Shown: piece by piece, positions 1 to 9,239 of the stretch | Layout of the letters: every line of letters begins with the position of its first letter | How positions within the stretch are numbered: position 1 is the first letter of the stretch | Source of the DNA: a virus | Taxonomy: Duplodnaviria > Caudoviricetes | Virus record (IMG/VR): IMGVR_UViG_3300020440_000034 | Coordinates: 1 to 38,998 of that record | Reading direction: 5' to 3' (one strand) | DNA length: 38,998 nt | The notes under the pieces: generated by a model | Database searches by the model: none | What the model was told of the DNA's origin: nothing | The model's input: only the letters and a program-made list of their open reading frames with translations | Made by a program: the position numbers and the translations under genes

Positions 1-621
1 AGTGTAAGTGATACATCACCTGATAATCCTGCTAGTGGTGCAATTTGGTATAATAGTACAAATGGTATACTTTATGTCTATGTAGCAGATGGCGACAGCA
101 ATCAATGGGTACAACCCACAGCACCTTTCCAAAATATTACTGCAATAACAGATTTAGGAATTGCAGATGGAACTAATGGTCAAGTATTGACTACAGACGG
201 AAGCGGAGCATTTACATTTCAGGATCCTAGCACAGGTGATTCTAACGGCAATTTTACAATAGGTAATAGTATTATTGATACAGACGATAGTAGTGGAATA
301 ACAATAACTCCTCCAGTAACTACATCATCAGACTTAACTGTAGAGAATGATTTAAGTGTACGTAACACTGCATATGCAAATAATTTTGTATCTACATCAA
401 ATGGTACGCCTACAATAGATAGTGCTACTGTAATAAATTTATCTAGTCAAGATGGAACTATTGTTAGTGGAGGTCCATTTAGGTTACCTAGTTATACAAA
501 CTCTCAGAGAGATGCGTTATCAGCTGTCAACGGCGATATGATATACAACACCCAAGACAATAAAATCCAAGCATATATAAATGGAACATGGCGTAGATTA
601 GACGATTCAGGAATAGTCTAA
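1..621 (+). CDS. Tail fibre-like/virion structural protein, 5'-truncated
   Basis: Frame is open from base 1 (SVSDTSPDNPASGAIWYNSTNGILYVY...GTNGQVLTTDGSG). The motifs GAIWYNS, GQVLTTDG and a C-terminal GDMIYNT...YINGTW are typical of marine T4-like fibre proteins. Confidence 0.7.
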   Translation, partial: SVSDTSPDNPASGAIWYNSTNGILYVYVADGDSNQWVQPTAPFQNITAITDLGIADGTNGQVLTTDGSGAFTFQDPSTGDSNGNFTIGNSIIDTDDSSGITITPPVTTSSDLTVENDLSVRNTAYANNFVSTSNGTPTIDSATVINLSSQDGTIVSGGPFRLPSYTNSQRDALSAVNGDMIYNTQDNKIQAYINGTWRRLDDSGIV

Positions 622-622
622 C

Positions 623-2209
623 ATGGAAAAAGAATACACAGTAGTTGTACATAAAGGTGTAAATTTAGTAGAATTAGAATCTGAAATTACAGCAAGTTCA
701 GGTGCCGGACCTATTCCAAATAGGAGTGTCGATATAGCTAATCCAAGACCTGGATCAAAAAGACAAACACATTTTATGCTTACAGACGAAGAAGCAACTG
801 CTCTTGAAGCGGATAGTAGGGTGCTTGCTGTTGAAATTCCTCCCGACCAACGAACAGATATCCAAATAGGATTAAATTCAACACAACTAGGTAATTTTAC
901 AAAACCTGTAACATTTGATAATAACACTTATATTAATTGGGGGTTGCGTAGAAGTATAATGGAAATTAATAGGTACGGAAGCGGAATTACAACAGATAAT
1001 ACATTTCCTTATGCACTCACAGGTAAGGGCGTAGACATAGTTATTCAAGATAGCGGTATACAACCAGACCATCCTGATTTTATAGATAGCAATGGCATAA
1101 GCAGAGTCAAACCAATAGACTGGTATGCGGCACAATCTGTTGTAAGTGGGACACAGAGTTCAAATTATAATAGAGATTTTGACGGACACGGAACTTTGTG
1201 TGCAAGTATTACAGCAGGAAATATATATGGATTTGCTAAAGATGCACATCTATACTCCATGAAAATTGCAGGTTTAGAAGGTCCTGGAGATGCAGGATCA
1301 GGAACACCTATAGCAGATTGTTTTGATGTAATTAAAGAATGGCATAATGCAAAAACAAATGGCCGGCCAACTGTTGTAAATATGAGTTGGGGATATTCAA
1401 GTACAGTAACTGGCGATCCTACTAGTGGTACATATAGAGGAACAGGTTGGGTATGGGGAGTTGACTATACAACTGATCTTTCTTTATGGCAAAATACTGG
1501 TATTGTTATTCCTGTAGAAGGAACTACTCGTAGAATACCTGTAAGAATAGCATCAGTAGATGCAGATGTCGACGAATTGATTGCAGCCGGAGTACATGTT
1601 GCGATTGCTGCTGGAAATGATTATTACAAAGGCGATGTATCGAGCGGTGATGATTATGATAACACTGTAATATTTGGTGCTAGTACTTTATTTTATGCTA
1701 GAGGTTCTAGTCCACACAGTGATGATTGTTTTATGGTTGGAAATATAGATACTACTGTGTTTGATGAAAACGGAGTATACAAAGACAGAACTAGAGGTAG
1801 TAGTTCTAAAGGTCCTAGAGTAAACATATGGGCACCTGGAACCAACATTGTAGGAGCAACAAGCACTACAAATATTTACACAACCCTAGATAGTCCAATA
1901 GATGATACATTTAAAATTGTTAGCAATTCAGGTACAAGTTTTGCATCACCACAAGTAGCAGGAGTAGCTGCACTTCATTTACAAGTAAATGCAAACAGCA
2001 CACCAGCACAATTAAAAACAAAGTTATTAGCCGAAGCTAAACCAGTAATGTACGATACTGCATCAGACACAGATTATGCATCTTTTACTACAAGTTTATT
2101 AGGGGCATCAAACAAAGTGTTATTCGACAAGTACGGTAGACAGCCTGTAGAAGTAAACGGAGCAAATCTTAAATTACAGGGAATTTTCCCTAACTATACT
2201 CCAGATTAA
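623..2209 (+). CDS. Subtilisin-like serine protease (peptidase S8) with N-terminal prodomain
   Basis: Catalytic motifs IVIQDSGI (Asp), HGTLCAS (His), AAGND (oxyanion Asn) and SGTSFASPQVAG (Ser). Confidence 0.92.
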   Translation: MEKEYTVVVHKGVNLVELESEITASSGAGPIPNRSVDIANPRPGSKRQTHFMLTDEEATALEADSRVLAVEIPPDQRTDIQIGLNSTQLGNFTKPVTFDNNTYINWGLRRSIMEINRYGSGITTDNTFPYALTGKGVDIVIQDSGIQPDHPDFIDSNGISRVKPIDWYAAQSVVSGTQSSNYNRDFDGHGTLCASITAGNIYGFAKDAHLYSMKIAGLEGPGDAGSGTPIADCFDVIKEWHNAKTNGRPTVVNMSWGYSSTVTGDPTSGTYRGTGWVWGVDYTTDLSLWQNTGIVIPVEGTTRRIPVRIASVDADVDELIAAGVHVAIAAGNDYYKGDVSSGDDYDNTVIFGASTLFYARGSSPHSDDCFMVGNIDTTVFDENGVYKDRTRGSSSKGPRVNIWAPGTNIVGATSTTNIYTTLDSPIDDTFKIVSNSGTSFASPQVAGVAALHLQVNANSTPAQLKTKLLAEAKPVMYDTASDTDYASFTTSLLGASNKVLFDKYGRQPVEVNGANLKLQGIFPNYTPD

Positions 2210-2215
2210 TAAATA
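2208..2215 (+). promoter_or_regulatory. T4-type late promoter (AATAAATA)
   Basis: TATAAATA-like box 16 nt upstream of the ATG at 2232, followed by a GAGG RBS. Confidence 0.65.
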
Positions 2216-2231
2216 CAGTAAGAGGTAAACA

Positions 2232-3848
2232 ATGGCAATAAATTTTCCAAACACACCAACATTAGACGATACATTTACAGAAGGTAATACCACCTGGAAG
2301 TGGGACGGGACTGCCTGGAATCTTGTTACAAACACAGTTGCAAGAAACATTTTTACAAACTTTACAGCGGATACAGGCACTGTTGCACCTAATCTAGTTA
2401 ATGATACATTGACAGTAGAAGGCGGCACAAATGTTACTACGTCTATCTCAGGCAAAACCTTAACAATTAACAGTAGTGGCGGCGGCCTGACACAAAATGT
2501 TTTTGATACAATTACAGCAGACCAAGGTTCAACAACAGCTGCAAGTATTAATGACACACTCAGTATTGTAGGTGGTACTAACATAGCAACTAGTATTGCT
2601 ACAGATAGCGATATTGTAACAATTAATATGAGTGAATTTAGCATTGACTTTTTAAGCGATGTAGACACGACAAGTAGTCCACCAACTACAGGCCAAGTCT
2701 TAAAATGGAACGGAAATAATTGGGCGCCTGGCGCTGATGCGACAACAGGCGGCGGCGGCACCGATGCTGATACATTGGACGGATTTGATAGTGCATATTT
2801 TTTAAACTATAACAATTTAAGTAATACACCTAGTGTTGTTGCACTAGATAGTTTTAGTATTGGCATTGAAAATACACCTAGTGGCAATGGTGCTATAAGT
2901 TACAATAATGCAACAGGTGAATTTAAATTTACACCGCCTACAGCAGCCGGTATAGGTGCTTTAGAATCATTTACAGAAACAAATGACCTTAGTGCGGCAG
3001 TTGTATGGGCAAATGTTCCAGACGCAAATATTACTGAGACAAGTGTTACACAACACCAGGCGGCATTAAGTATTACTGAAAGTCAAATTAGTGACTTTGG
3101 AACATATTTAACTGGCATTGGCAGTCTTAGTATAGATGCTTTAAGCGATGTAGACACAACTTCAGCGGCACCTACTAATGATCAGGTCCTTGCCTGGGAC
3201 GGCGCAAATTGGGTTCCTGCAGATCCAGCAACAGGAGGCGGTGGCGGAGATGTCAACCAAAATGCATTCAGTGTTATTACTGTTGCAGGACAGTCTAATA
3301 TAGAGGCTGATACTACTACAGATACACTTACAATAGTTGCAGGTAGCGGAATTGGTATTACAACTAGTGCAGCTGGAGATTCATTAACAATTACTAACAG
3401 TCAAACTCCTGGTGCGTCAACGTTTGATGCACTTAGCGACGTACAAACAGCAGGTATTGATGTACATGATATATACGAACACGCTATTGCTACCCTTAGA
3501 ATGGGAAACGTAGGTGTAAGTGCATATACAATTAATAGTCATTATTCAGGAAACAATCCTACTATCACAGTGTTAACAGGAACAACAGTAGCATTTGACT
3601 TAGACGGTATAGGTGGACATCCGTTTGAGCTTCAAGATAATACTTTGACTGCTTTGTCAACTAATCTAGTTCATGTAGCATCGGACGGAACTGTTAGCAC
3701 AAATTCTAACGCACAGGGTAAATCAAGCGGAATGTTATACTGGCGTGTGCCTGACAATCTAACTAATAACACGAATTACGTGTATCAGTGTCAATCACAT
3801 AGTGCTATGTTTGGAACTATGAAGGTCAAGAATATGGATAATATTTAA
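2232..3848 (+). CDS. Repetitive tail fibre/virion protein with C-terminal cupredoxin-like domain
   Basis: N-terminal MAINFPNTPT..TWKWDGTAW; three NxF..TADxG...DTLT.GG-type repeats; two LSDVDTTS.PT.QVL.W.G.NW repeats; C-terminal GHPF...YQCQSHSAM. Confidence 0.75.
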   Translation: MAINFPNTPTLDDTFTEGNTTWKWDGTAWNLVTNTVARNIFTNFTADTGTVAPNLVNDTLTVEGGTNVTTSISGKTLTINSSGGGLTQNVFDTITADQGSTTAASINDTLSIVGGTNIATSIATDSDIVTINMSEFSIDFLSDVDTTSSPPTTGQVLKWNGNNWAPGADATTGGGGTDADTLDGFDSAYFLNYNNLSNTPSVVALDSFSIGIENTPSGNGAISYNNATGEFKFTPPTAAGIGALESFTETNDLSAAVVWANVPDANITETSVTQHQAALSITESQISDFGTYLTGIGSLSIDALSDVDTTSAAPTNDQVLAWDGANWVPADPATGGGGGDVNQNAFSVITVAGQSNIEADTTTDTLTIVAGSGIGITTSAAGDSLTITNSQTPGASTFDALSDVQTAGIDVHDIYEHAIATLRMGNVGVSAYTINSHYSGNNPTITVLTGTTVAFDLDGIGGHPFELQDNTLTALSTNLVHVASDGTVSTNSNAQGKSSGMLYWRVPDNLTNNTNYVYQCQSHSAMFGTMKVKNMDNI

Positions 3849-4102
3849 TTGACACTTTTAACTAACTTATCTAATTGCGTTCTCAAATTACCTAACTCTT
3901 TTATATGTTCTTGAATTGAACTAGGCTTTATCAATCCTGGCGTTTCAGAGCTATGAGTATCATTAATAATTTTTACTCTTGCCATATATTCATCTAGAAT
4001 ACCTTGGAAGTGTTGTTTATTTTTTCTGTCAACTATTTTATCAACAGCATTTTTATAATCAATTAAATCTTTTTTGACTTTTGGACTTTCTAGCAAATTC
4101 AT
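3845..4102 (-). CDS. Hypothetical helical protein
   Basis: 85-aa ORF coupled to the upstream gene by a TAATG overlap; last gene of the minus-strand operon. Confidence 0.7.
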   Translation of the reverse strand: MNLLESPKVKKDLIDYKNAVDKIVDRKNKQHFQGILDEYMARVKIINDTHSSETPGLIKPSSIQEHIKELGNLRTQLDKLVKSVN

Positions 4103-4455
4103 TAATAGTTGTCCTTTTTAATTACAATATTATGATCGTCGTTGCTACCGTTGTTAACTTCAGTAATACTACCAACAATTCTACACTCAATTGCACAAGG
4201 CATAAGTGGCTTAGATATAAATGTTGTGCCTTCGGAGGCTTGTTTTTCAAACAATTGACCGGTACTAGTATCTATCCATTTAAATAGGAATTCGCCATTA
4301 TTTACAAACCAACATTTTTCAGTTTCACTGTTAAACCAAAAATCAGTTTTAATTGTTTTATCAAATACCAAAATTTTACCGCCATAAGTTTCTTCTGATA
4401 CCCAAGTAATTTCATAGCCATAGTCAGTTTGTTTTACATTATCTTTTTTATTCAT
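4102..4455 (-). CDS. Cupin-fold protein (degenerate)
   Basis: YGYEITWV..YGGKILVF..EKCWFVNNGEF resembles phage cupins, but the metal-binding His residues are not evident. Confidence 0.55.
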   Translation of the reverse strand: MNKKDNVKQTDYGYEITWVSEETYGGKILVFDKTIKTDFWFNSETEKCWFVNNGEFLFKWIDTSTGQLFEKQASEGTTFISKPLMPCAIECRIVGSITEVNNGSNDDHNIVIKKDNY

Positions 4456-5033
4456 TATCCTGCGTCCAATATTATATTACCACTAATTGATATCCTTGTT
4501 TCATTGCTGTTCAAAAACGGATATACGTTGTGAGGCAACTTTGAAGGAAAAAATATTATTTCGCCTTCATTTTCTTTTGTTAATTGAAATCTTTTATGAA
4601 CAATATTTCCAACAATGTTAGTATATGTGAATTCAAAATTTCCTTGATACTTGTTGTCCTCTATTTCAGGAATTTTAATCCATATACTATAACTGTAGAT
4701 TCCTTGATGTACATGATTAGGAATAAATTCACCTGCCTTTTGATGGTTTATCCATTGCTCTTCAATTCTATATGGCAAAGATTTTGTCAATATGCCTATT
4801 TCTCCTAAACCTGGAAAGTCGGCTTCGTAATTTTTAATAAGAGTTATTATATATTGATTAAGTTCTTGTGCGGTGTCTTTTAGTCTAAAATGTTTTGCAA
4901 CACCTTTTTCAGTTATACCAGAATTTACTATTTGAGTACATCTTAAAGATTCGTTTAGTAAATTATAATACAAATTTTGTGGTATTTTTTCTCTGTAAAA
5001 ACCAAAATTTTCTAAAAACATTGCTTGTGTCAT
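4455..5033 (-). CDS. Putative 2OG-Fe(II) oxygenase
   Basis: WINHQKAGEFIPNHVH, then EGEIIFFPSKLPHNVYP and RISISGN (HxH...H...RxS pattern). Confidence 0.85.
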   Translation of the reverse strand: MTQAMFLENFGFYREKIPQNLYYNLLNESLRCTQIVNSGITEKGVAKHFRLKDTAQELNQYIITLIKNYEADFPGLGEIGILTKSLPYRIEEQWINHQKAGEFIPNHVHQGIYSYSIWIKIPEIEDNKYQGNFEFTYTNIVGNIVHKRFQLTKENEGEIIFFPSKLPHNVYPFLNSNETRISISGNIILDAG

Positions 5034-5458
5034 AGTAGTTCAATCAATTTAAATACTGTTTCGAGTTTAAGTTGGTTAGTTTTATTTTGTAATGTATTTC
5101 GCAAACCGTGATGTAACGGCTTAGGCCATTTTGTGAATGTTACCCAAGCATATCCGTCGTGTTCATCATTAAGAATAGGGATAAATTCATTTTCAACTAA
5201 ACACAAATATGTGTGAAACTGGAACTTATCATCGTTGCTCACAAAAGTTTCTAAAGGTATAGTTTTTTTAATTTTAACAGTACCAATTTCCTCAGATATT
5301 TCTCTTTTTAAACTTTCCCAAGGTGTTTCAGCACCTTCATTTGTCCCCCCAACTAATCCCCAAAGGTTATTTTGCTTACCTTTAGTTCTATGTAAGAACA
5401 AAAATCTATGAGTATCTAAGGTGTAGAACAATGCTCCACTACAAATAATCTTTTCCAT
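5030..5458 (-). CDS. Nudix hydrolase
   Basis: Nudix box G-TNEGA-E-TPWESLK-REISEEIG and the EHDGYAW motif. Confidence 0.92.
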   Translation of the reverse strand: MEKIICSGALFYTLDTHRFLFLHRTKGKQNNLWGLVGGTNEGAETPWESLKREISEEIGTVKIKKTIPLETFVSNDDKFQFHTYLCLVENEFIPILNDEHDGYAWVTFTKWPKPLHHGLRNTLQNKTNQLKLETVFKLIELL

Positions 5459-5471
5459 ACAAATAATTATG

Positions 5472-6935
5472 CTAGAATTTTAATCTCCAGGTGCCATTTG
5501 GATATTCGCCTTCAAATGATAATATCCATTCGCCTGAGTCCCATTTGTATTGAACACCTGTGTTTAAATTTGTAGTATATGCAGTACCAGTGTATGTACT
5601 TGCATCAAAAACTACCCGCCAAGCAGTTCCGCTCCATTCAACAATATCATTAACACTTGCTATAAAGTCTGTGCCGTCATTGTTTTTCCAGTCATCGGCA
5701 CCATCAGTATTAATTGCATCTCCAATACTATTGTCTAACAACAAGAATCTATATCCAGCAGTTTTTAGTGCAGCTGGACTTGTTTTTTGAGGATCAATAA
5801 TATAGTGTATCTTATTACTGTCACCGTTTGGTCCGGTGAATACAGTATCACTAGGTAATGTATCTGCATCCCAATTAACTATCAATTCGTTTGGATTTGC
5901 AGTGTTTATAGCAACTGTTCCTGCTATTTCTGTTGTTAAATCTTTACGTTTTAATCGTATTTCTGTTATGCCGGCTTCAAATATTTCTGGAAAGGATTTA
6001 ATATATGCGTCCCATAGTACACCTCCAACAACGCCACGTCTTATAAGTTTTGCACTATTGCCTAATATTAGTAATCCGTAATCCTTAAATGTGTTTGTAA
6101 TTACGTTTGTTGTATTAGGCTTAATTTCCCCTGCATTTCTATTTTGACGGCTAATTTCACCAGTAGGTGTTATCCCCACTGTTGTCCTTATATCAGCACT
6201 TACTACACCAGTATCACTGCCTGCTTGCAATTCGGGTGTGCTTTGCTCTAACCCTATTGTTCCCCTAGACTCGTCATAAATGCTTTGAACAATACTTGTA
6301 ACTACTCCTAGTCTTTTTACTTTAGTAGGTGGCGAAATGTATATTGGAGTTTTAAATCCTAGTTGTGCTACATCTATTTCAGTTTCTGTTCCGACTGGTA
6401 TACTTCTTGAACTAAAACCAATAGTATCTAAATTTACAACACTTAAACTTGTCCAATCTACATAGTTATCTGTTGTCTGTATTTCTAAACTAGGATTAAA
6501 CAACATGAGAATCTGTTCCATCAATTGCAATTTCTGATCAGTATTTGTAGTCCATAGATCTACATTTACACTCAATGTATATGGTGTTGGCATTAAACGT
6601 TCTACTGTATAATTTTTACCTTCAGTATTTAGATACTCATTGCCGTCAGTGTCATATGCACGTTCTCTTATGTTTAATTTATTGACATAACTGGCGTCAC
6701 TTAACCTTGCAGTGTCCATTTCTAATCCGGTAATGTATACAGCCATTCTTGGCGCACTTGGTATTTTATTTTCCGAATTGTCTCTAAGTATATGTCCTAC
6801 TTGTCTAGTTATATCTCCGTACATAACAGGCACTTCTGTCAATACACCGCTACTATCTTTGTAAGAAAAATTACTCATAAGCCTTACAATTTGCGTAATG
6901 TATCGTCTAATCTGTCCGTCATAAAAATGTTGCAT
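5472..6935 (-). CDS. gp15: Tail sheath stabiliser/tail terminator (gp15-like) with C-terminal extension
   Basis: HFYDGQIRRYI, VPVMYG, PRMA and PTPYTL....LWT...DQKLQLMEQIL.LFNP are gp15 hallmarks; lies near the neck genes. Confidence 0.85.
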   Translation of the reverse strand: MQHFYDGQIRRYITQIVRLMSNFSYKDSSGVLTEVPVMYGDITRQVGHILRDNSENKIPSAPRMAVYITGLEMDTARLSDASYVNKLNIRERAYDTDGNEYLNTEGKNYTVERLMPTPYTLSVNVDLWTTNTDQKLQLMEQILMLFNPSLEIQTTDNYVDWTSLSVVNLDTIGFSSRSIPVGTETEIDVAQLGFKTPIYISPPTKVKRLGVVTSIVQSIYDESRGTIGLEQSTPELQAGSDTGVVSADIRTTVGITPTGEISRQNRNAGEIKPNTTNVITNTFKDYGLLILGNSAKLIRRGVVGGVLWDAYIKSFPEIFEAGITEIRLKRKDLTTEIAGTVAINTANPNELIVNWDADTLPSDTVFTGPNGDSNKIHYIIDPQKTSPAALKTAGYRFLLLDNSIGDAINTDGADDWKNNDGTDFIASVNDIVEWSGTAWRVVFDASTYTGTAYTTNLNTGVQYKWDSGEWILSFEGEYPNGTWRLKF

Positions 6936-7210
6936 TAGCTAGTTCTCCACCTTGCCCTTATAAATTGAAATATCGGAACGAATATTAATCCTATAATACA
7001 ACCAAATGCTGTGCCAAATGCTAGATCCCAACTTGCAGTTGTTGCGCCTCCCATAAAATCACTTATTGCATTGCCTATACCAGCCCCAATAACAGTTCCT
7101 ATTCCTTTTTGAAAAGCAGGTGGTAGGAATTTTTCAATACTAAGTCCTGTCATTGCGCCAAGGATCATAATTGCATTATCAACTATACCAAAAATTATAA
7201 AATCTATCAT
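6935..7210 (-). CDS. Small membrane protein, TMEM65-like
   Basis: Three hydrophobic segments; FGIVDNAIMI...AGIGNAISDFMG motif; TAATG coupling on both sides. Confidence 0.6.
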   Translation of the reverse strand: MIDFIIFGIVDNAIMILGAMTGLSIEKFLPPAFQKGIGTVIGAGIGNAISDFMGGATTASWDLAFGTAFGCIIGLIFVPIFQFIRARWRTS

Positions 7211-8373
7211 TAATTATCTGCCTTAGGTCTAAGTGCTTTTGATAGACTTTGTCTTTCTGTTACAGTTTCACCACCAATTGTGTCTGTATTTGTGTTGTTT
7301 ACAAATGTTCCTTTTTGGTGTGATCTTGTATTAGTGTTTGTCAATGTCATACGTACCGAATCTTCTTGTTTGACCCAACGTGATCCGTCATTTCTAAATA
7401 ATCTATTAGGCATAAAATCTGTCCTTAGGAAAAAGTCTCCTTCTACACTATTGCTTGGAAATGTAATACCATGTCCAAATGCTTCACCATTACTAGGTAT
7501 ACCGTCACCTAATAAGTAACCTTGGTAACCTTCTCTTTTTGGAGTTTGCATTACCCTATCAGCAAGTTCATTTGCTGTACTTGCATCTAAATCGTTAGTA
7601 TCTACAGTAACTAAGTCAACTTCTCCGTTATCGTCAGTAGCAAGACTAAAGTAATGACTAGTATCGTATCCTGATTTTGCAGCATCAGCTTCGGCTTGTG
7701 CAACAACAGCATTGTTAATTTGCATTTCTTGTTCGTATGTAGACAATAGATCTCGTAAAGTATTACCACCTGGATTTTCTTCTTCTGCAGGTAAATCAAG
7801 TATATCTTTGTATTCTTGACTATCCATAATTTGTTTAAGTTTTACTCTATACAGATGCGGATACCAAGTAGGCGAAAATCCTTCAGCAGCTCGGTTAACA
7901 TCTTCTACTACATAAAAACGTTTTAATGCGACACTATAATCATTAAGTGCATATTCGTCTTTTAGATGCGGCAATTCAATTACGTCTCCTGCCATAATTT
8001 TTCTACCAAGAGTTTTAACACTAGATGATATATGTATAGTCATAAACAGTGTATCATTAGATAGAAACAATCCAAATTGACTCATATTAAAGTCTATGTC
8101 TTGTACATTATATATACCTCGCAGGCTATAGATATCAGGATCATATTTACGATCTCTATTTTCCATAAACAGCATATCTTGTATATTGGTTTCTTTAACA
8201 GCATCATACTTGGGCTGATCAGCAGTCGCATCAGCTTCGTCTGGATTTTTAGGTCCTAAATATTTGTGGATAAAGACGTCTGTACCACCAACAGTGAACA
8301 TTTCATAGATACGATTGTCTATGAATTCGAAGTCTTTACCCTTTTCTGGTTTATATAAACTAAGTCTCGGCAT
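7210..8373 (-). CDS. gp14: Neck protein (gp14-like head closure)
   Basis: IYEMFTVGGTDVFIHKY, SQFGLF..DTLFMTI, AGDVIELP, YVVEDV; adjacent to gp13 and gp15. Confidence 0.75.
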   Translation of the reverse strand: MPRLSLYKPEKGKDFEFIDNRIYEMFTVGGTDVFIHKYLGPKNPDEADATADQPKYDAVKETNIQDMLFMENRDRKYDPDIYSLRGIYNVQDIDFNMSQFGLFLSNDTLFMTIHISSSVKTLGRKIMAGDVIELPHLKDEYALNDYSVALKRFYVVEDVNRAAEGFSPTWYPHLYRVKLKQIMDSQEYKDILDLPAEEENPGGNTLRDLLSTYEQEMQINNAVVAQAEADAAKSGYDTSHYFSLATDDNGEVDLVTVDTNDLDASTANELADRVMQTPKREGYQGYLLGDGIPSNGEAFGHGITFPSNSVEGDFFLRTDFMPNRLFRNDGSRWVKQEDSVRMTLTNTNTRSHQKGTFVNNTNTDTIGGETVTERQSLSKALRPKADN

Positions 8374-8378
8374 ATGTA

Positions 8379-8399
8379 TATTTATCGATACGATAAATA
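8379..8399. promoter_or_regulatory. Back-to-back divergent late promoters (GATAAATA on each strand)
   Basis: Perfect inverted repeat TATTTATCG-ata-CGATAAATA between the divergent gp14 and gp13 genes. Confidence 0.8.
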
Positions 8400-8419
8400 C
8401 TGTTGGAGAAACTAATCTT

Positions 8420-9178
8420 ATGGCAACATTAAAAACAAAAAAACAAGAAATATTTGACTATGTCTACGCTATGCTAGGCGGAGGTATGGTTGATGTAGAA
8501 CTTGATCCTGTACATTATGAAACAGCTTTGACAAAAGCATTAACAAGATTCAGACAACGTTCTGAAAATTCAGTAGAAGAAAGTTATTTTTTCATGCCTA
8601 CAGTGACTGATCAGAACACCTATACATTGCCAAATGAAATTGTTGAAGTACGCCAAATTTTCCGTAGATCAATAGGATCACGTTCAGGTGGTGGCGATGG
8701 CGGGACATTGTTTGAGCCATTTAATTTAGCCTACACAAATACATACTTGTTAGCAAGTTCAAATATGGGCGGACTAGCAACCTACGATTTCTTCAGTCAA
8801 TATCAAGAACTAGTAGGTAGAATGTTTGGATCTTTTATAGAATTTAAATGGAATACAACAACTAAACAATTAACCATATTACAGCGTTCTCGTACTGAAG
8901 AAACACTTATGTTACTTTGCTATAACTATCGTCCAGATGAACAAATTATAGACGATTATTTGGCAAAACAATGGATTAAAGACTATACTGTTGCTACATG
9001 TAAGTATATGTTAGGCGAAGCACGTAGTAAATTTGCTACTATTGCTGGCCCACAAGGTGGCGGCCAGTTAAATGGTGATGCACTCAAAGCAGAAGCCCAA
9101 CAAGAAATGGAAAAACTTGAAGGCGAGGTGTCAACAGCAGTACCGGGCGGCACTGGTTATACCTTTACAATCGGCTAA
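8420..9178 (+). CDS. gp13: Neck protein (gp13-like head-tail adaptor)
   Basis: LGGGMVDVELD, WIKDYTVA..K.MLGEARSKF..IAGPQGG..LNG..L..EA..E. The start is moved to the ATG at 8420, which follows a GGAG RBS and the late promoter. Confidence 0.88.
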   Translation: MATLKTKKQEIFDYVYAMLGGGMVDVELDPVHYETALTKALTRFRQRSENSVEESYFFMPTVTDQNTYTLPNEIVEVRQIFRRSIGSRSGGGDGGTLFEPFNLAYTNTYLLASSNMGGLATYDFFSQYQELVGRMFGSFIEFKWNTTTKQLTILQRSRTEETLMLLCYNYRPDEQIIDDYLAKQWIKDYTVATCKYMLGEARSKFATIAGPQGGGQLNGDALKAEAQQEMEKLEGEVSTAVPGGTGYTFTIG

Positions 9179-9185
9179 AAAATAC

Positions 9186-9214
9186 TTGACTTTTATTAAT
9201 TCTTATTGTATAAT
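9186..9214 (+). promoter_or_regulatory. Sigma70-type early promoter
   Basis: TTGACT-N17-TATAAT upstream of the dNMP kinase. Confidence 0.8.
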
Positions 9215-9239
9215 ATTACATTACAGTTAAGGAATTATT

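Noticed and set aside
2340-3400. Fibre repeats as a diversity-generating retroelement TR/VR pair
   Set aside because: The repeats differ at all base types, consistent with old protein-level duplication, and no reverse transcriptase is present in the window.
8315-8419. N-terminal extension of gp13 given by the ORF track
   Set aside because: It overlaps the gp14 start and the promoters; the RBS supports the ATG at 8420. Starts at 22416, 26985, 29168, 29904 and 37422 were trimmed for similar reasons.
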